Assembly: GCA_963675495.1 (NCBI GenBank) | Contig: OY776215.1 | Coordinates: forward strand, 224,001-288,000 | Direction of reading: 5' to 3' | DNA from: an uncultured Methanolobus sp. | Lineage (GTDB): Archaea; Halobacteriota; Methanosarcinia; Methanosarcinales; Methanosarcinaceae | DNA: 64,000 nt | In this document: positions 60,919-64,000 of the stretch, in pieces | Position numbering within the stretch: position 1 is the first letter of the stretch | Layout of the letters: each line of letters begins with the position of its first letter | Translations under genes and position numbers: made by a program | The notes under the pieces: model-generated | What the model was told of the DNA's origin: nothing | What the model saw: only the letters and a program-made list of their open reading frames with translations | Databases searched by the model: none

Positions 60919-61545
60919 ATGAGGTGTAAAGTGACTAAGATGAATGATATTAAAATTCTTGGAGTTGGAGGAAGTCCACGAAAAGGTGGGAATACTGATA
61001 TTTTGCTCGACAAGTTTTTAGAAGGGGCTAAATCAGCAGGAGCTGAAACAAAAAAAGTCATGTTAAGACAATATTGTATTGAGTCCTGTATTGGATGTGA
61101 AGCCTGCAGAAAAACCGGAACATGCACCCATTTCCATGATGGTATGGAACTTCTTTATCCCGAAATTGAAGCTTCAAAAGGTCTTATTATCGGATCTCCT
61201 ACCTACAATTATAATGTTACTGCACCGATGAAAGCTTTCATTGACAGACTCTACCCTTACTATAATTTTACAAATGATCATCCCAGACAGTATTCAAGCA
61301 AACTTGCCGAACAAGGACGAAAAGCAGTCGTTTTCTCAGTTTGTGAACAAATGGAAATAAAAGAAATGGGATTTGCGCTCGAAGCCCTGGAAATGCCCCT
61401 TGATGCCTTGGGTTATGAAGTGGTGGAAAAGTTCCCTGTATTTGGCCATTTCAATAGAGGAGTAGTTTCTAAAGATACAGAAGTCCTAAGAAAAGCATTT
61501 GAAGCGGGTAAAAAAATGGCATTATCCCTGTATTTAGCTGATTAA
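60919..61545 (+). CDS. Iron-sulfur flavoprotein (flavodoxin-like)
   Basis: GSPRKGGNT, CIGCEACRKTGTC, GSPTY, KAFIDR. Confidence 0.9.
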   Translation: MRCKVTKMNDIKILGVGGSPRKGGNTDILLDKFLEGAKSAGAETKKVMLRQYCIESCIGCEACRKTGTCTHFHDGMELLYPEIEASKGLIIGSPTYNYNVTAPMKAFIDRLYPYYNFTNDHPRQYSSKLAEQGRKAVVFSVCEQMEIKEMGFALEALEMPLDALGYEVVEKFPVFGHFNRGVVSKDTEVLRKAFEAGKKMALSLYLAD

Positions 61546-61621
61546 ATGAAAAAACAGAATTAAAGCAACGATGACTTTTATGCTGCTGATTGCCATTTAA
61601 AATAAAATAGGAATGGGAGGA

Positions 61622-62920
61622 TTATTTTTTCCTCCTCATGAATAGGGATGCCAGACCGATTACTGCAACCATAGGTAAAGCTATTGTGGGATATTCTGGG
61701 ATAGCACTAACCGGCGTATCAGGATCTTCATTGGAAAGTACTTTTATTGGTCCTGCATCTTCCATGAATCCTTTTTCTGTGTAGGATAAAGGAACACCAT
61801 CTATTACTCCCTCTACAGAATAAGTTCCCAGCAATTCCCATATTATCAGGATTGTAGGTTCACCAGTGTTATCCAAAGTTGGTATAGGAATTGGTATCGC
61901 TTGCTCTGTCTCAAAAGCAATTGTAATTATGTTTCCGCTATCCTCGGATATAGCCTGGACAACTGTGAGGTTATGGTAGTAGATCGAAGGTGGAAGTTCA
62001 ATTGAAAATTCTGGTGGAAGATATGGTAGTAGGATGGATGAATCAATTTCTTTGTTGCCAATTGGAGTAACTGATATTTCACTAAAACTGGCAACAATTG
62101 TATTGTTTTTCCAAACATTTAGACCCTGACCAAGTTGAATACCATTCGTTGAAGTAACATTTCCAAAAGAAATTGTGTAAACATCAGCATTATTTTCTAC
62201 AGCACAGTTTTGGGAAATTTGACCCCAGTCCCATTGAAGATTACCCCAGTTCCAGTAACCCCAATTATGATCATGGTAACCTTTAGCATTCTCAAAGGTA
62301 TAAACAATAGGTCCACTGATGCTGTCATTAATGGTAAGTGTCCCATTAACCATCATGGAAGGTGATGCCACCAGCCAATTCATGTCTATCATTTCAGGTA
62401 TACTTGTGGTTTGCATAAAGGATGGTTCAGCGCATGGTTTGAACAAAGCGTCAAAAACAGTGTTTCTGTCATCAGTTTCTATATGCACATAATATCCTTC
62501 GTCTGTCAGGTTGATCGTGCTGAGACCAACTCTTACATCTGGTGTCTGATTTGAATAATCAGCCTGATATGTCGGGCTATAAATTCCAACTGCTGTAGTT
62601 GGAATTCCTCCGATATCATATCCCAGCAAAACCTGAGCAGAGCTGGTCATTGGAAAAGTACTAGGATTAGAAACATTACCTGTCAGCTTCAGTGAGGTTA
62701 CTATTGATATATCCTGTTCTTCATCAATCATATTAAAATAATGCCATTCGTTGTATAAGTCAGCACGATAATGATTGGCTGTATCTGGTGGGTGAAAAAC
62801 ATCGATATCAGATAGTTCAGCTATCAGATCATCGTTAGCATCTGAAGAAGCCAGATTTGCAGATATTGAAATAAACAGCAAGAAAACTAATAAGGTGTTT
62901 AGTATTAATTTTAATTTCAT
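61622..62920 (-). CDS. PEF-CTERM-anchored surface protein with AttH/CrtC-like beta-barrel domain
   Basis: Signal peptide, NEWHYFN, GYHDHNWG, and C-terminal IPEYPTIALPMVAVIGLASLFMRRKK. Confidence 0.75.
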   Translation of the reverse strand: MKLKLILNTLLVFLLFISISANLASSDANDDLIAELSDIDVFHPPDTANHYRADLYNEWHYFNMIDEEQDISIVTSLKLTGNVSNPSTFPMTSSAQVLLGYDIGGIPTTAVGIYSPTYQADYSNQTPDVRVGLSTINLTDEGYYVHIETDDRNTVFDALFKPCAEPSFMQTTSIPEMIDMNWLVASPSMMVNGTLTINDSISGPIVYTFENAKGYHDHNWGYWNWGNLQWDWGQISQNCAVENNADVYTISFGNVTSTNGIQLGQGLNVWKNNTIVASFSEISVTPIGNKEIDSSILLPYLPPEFSIELPPSIYYHNLTVVQAISEDSGNIITIAFETEQAIPIPIPTLDNTGEPTILIIWELLGTYSVEGVIDGVPLSYTEKGFMEDAGPIKVLSNEDPDTPVSAIPEYPTIALPMVAVIGLASLFMRRKK

Positions 62921-63108
62921 TTAATTTACCCCCGCACTTAATATTTTGAGTGTGAATTCTAATTTTCATCCAAACACTGAAATATAGATATAGTAGACTA
63001 AGTAATTTTGGAAGCACGATTTCTTAATAGTGTTACTTAACTACTATTACATTACCCATATTCATGGGTTCAAAAACGTGTTATCTTTTATGTACTCGCC
63101 TGTATCAA

Positions 63109-63593
63109 ATGGATAAAATAATAGCAAACATAATAAGGTTGGAACACCAAACCTTGGTTTCTGGGTCCTTGTCATCATTGGCGTAATACTAACAATAATA
63201 TTTCTGGCAGGCCAGACATTCTCATTGATAGATTATGACATGACAGTGTCACTTGGATTACAGGAATCAGCAGAAGAGGTGGGTGAAGTTGGTTTATCCT
63301 GGGCTAAAGGATTTGAATTTGCAGATACCATATTATATATTCCACTATTGTTTCTGGGAATAGTCGGATTGCTAAAAAGAAAATCGTGGGGTCTTTACTC
63401 CATGTTTGCAGCGTTGGCAATTACGGCTTACTGGCCAATTGTTAGCCTGACTACTATTTTTATTGGAAGGGATGTTCTGACTCTAAACCCGGATAAATAT
63501 GTTTCATATTCAATAATCCTTCCTTTGATCATAATCTATGGATTATGGGGGATGTGGTATCTTTATAAAAATAGAGATGAATTAGTGAATTGA
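63109..63593 (+). pseudogene. Membrane protein with an apparent frameshift near its start
   Basis: The ATG at 63109 is out of frame with NSKHNKVGTPNLGFWVLVIIGVILTIIFLAGQTFSLIDYD..., which runs into the 63225-63593 ORF. Confidence 0.5.
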
Positions 63594-63697
63594 TACCAGT
63601 TGATTGTTTTGTCCGTGAGTTTTATTGTTAAAATTACTGAATCTCATATGGTAGAAAATGAACAACTATATATTTTTAGAAAAAACAACATTCTATT

Positions 63698-64000
63698 TCA
63701 GTATTTCCTGTTTCCGAATATCGCAGAACCCACGCGCACCATTGTAGCCCCTTCCTCAATAGCAACCCTGTAGTCACCGGACATCCCCATTGATAGTTCC
63801 TGGAAATCGATATTGTCACTATTACCTGAGTTTTCCTGTTTCAAGTCATCAAAAAGTACTTTCATTCTCCTGAAATATGAACGCGTTTCCTCGGGAGATA
63901 CAAAAGGTGGTATGCACATGAGCCCTTCAACCTGCACATTTTTAAGTCCCCTAATCTCACTTATAACCTGTTCAATTTCATCCAATACAAAACCGTACTT
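63698..64000 (-). CDS. yggS: YggS/PROSC PLP-binding protein, 5' end outside the window
   Basis: GLMCIPP, LSMGMSGDYRVAIEEGATMVRVGSAIFG. Confidence 0.93.
   Translation of the reverse strand, partial: KYGFVLDEIEQVISEIRGLKNVQVEGLMCIPPFVSPEETRSYFRRMKVLFDDLKQENSGNSDNIDFQELSMGMSGDYRVAIEEGATMVRVGSAIFGNRKY

Noticed and set aside
1-64000. CRISPR array, cas genes, rRNA or intact transposase
   Set aside because: No regularly spaced repeats, rRNA-like sequence or transposase motifs were seen.

Overview
64 kb from an AT-rich methanogenic archaeon, most likely family Methanosarcinaceae (form II/III RuBisCO with assembly-domain insertion, a PEF-CTERM protein, GGTG/GGAGG ribosome-binding sites, Methanosarcina-type integrase). 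The left 25.6 kb looks like the right end of an integrative island. It carries a complete Tc (ABC) toxin-complex locus: a TcB-TcC/RHS fusion that starts before the window, plus a TcA split into two genes. A beta-propeller lipoprotein, a decayed intergenic region and a tyrosine integrase follow. The island ends at a 16-nt copy of a tRNA 3' end (CCGTGCCGGGCTACCA, tRNA-Gln-like), a candidate attR. The Tc proteins have unusual parts: an N-terminal peptidoglycan-binding-like domain, a recently duplicated ~90-aa module, a 17 x 8-residue beta-repeat insertion, and an Ntox23/LpxR-like beta-rich cargo. The remaining ~38 kb is mostly ordinary chromosomal or accessory genes: PepN, ornithine decarboxylase, PAS kinase, a bacterial-type rimB-rimK-M14 operon, P-type ATPase, RuBisCO, a rifampin-phosphotransferase-like enzyme, UPF0182 and YggS. 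It also holds several small pseudogenes and an FGE/C-type-lectin gene whose 3' end resembles a DGR variable region. All family calls come from motif recognition by eye; no searches were run.
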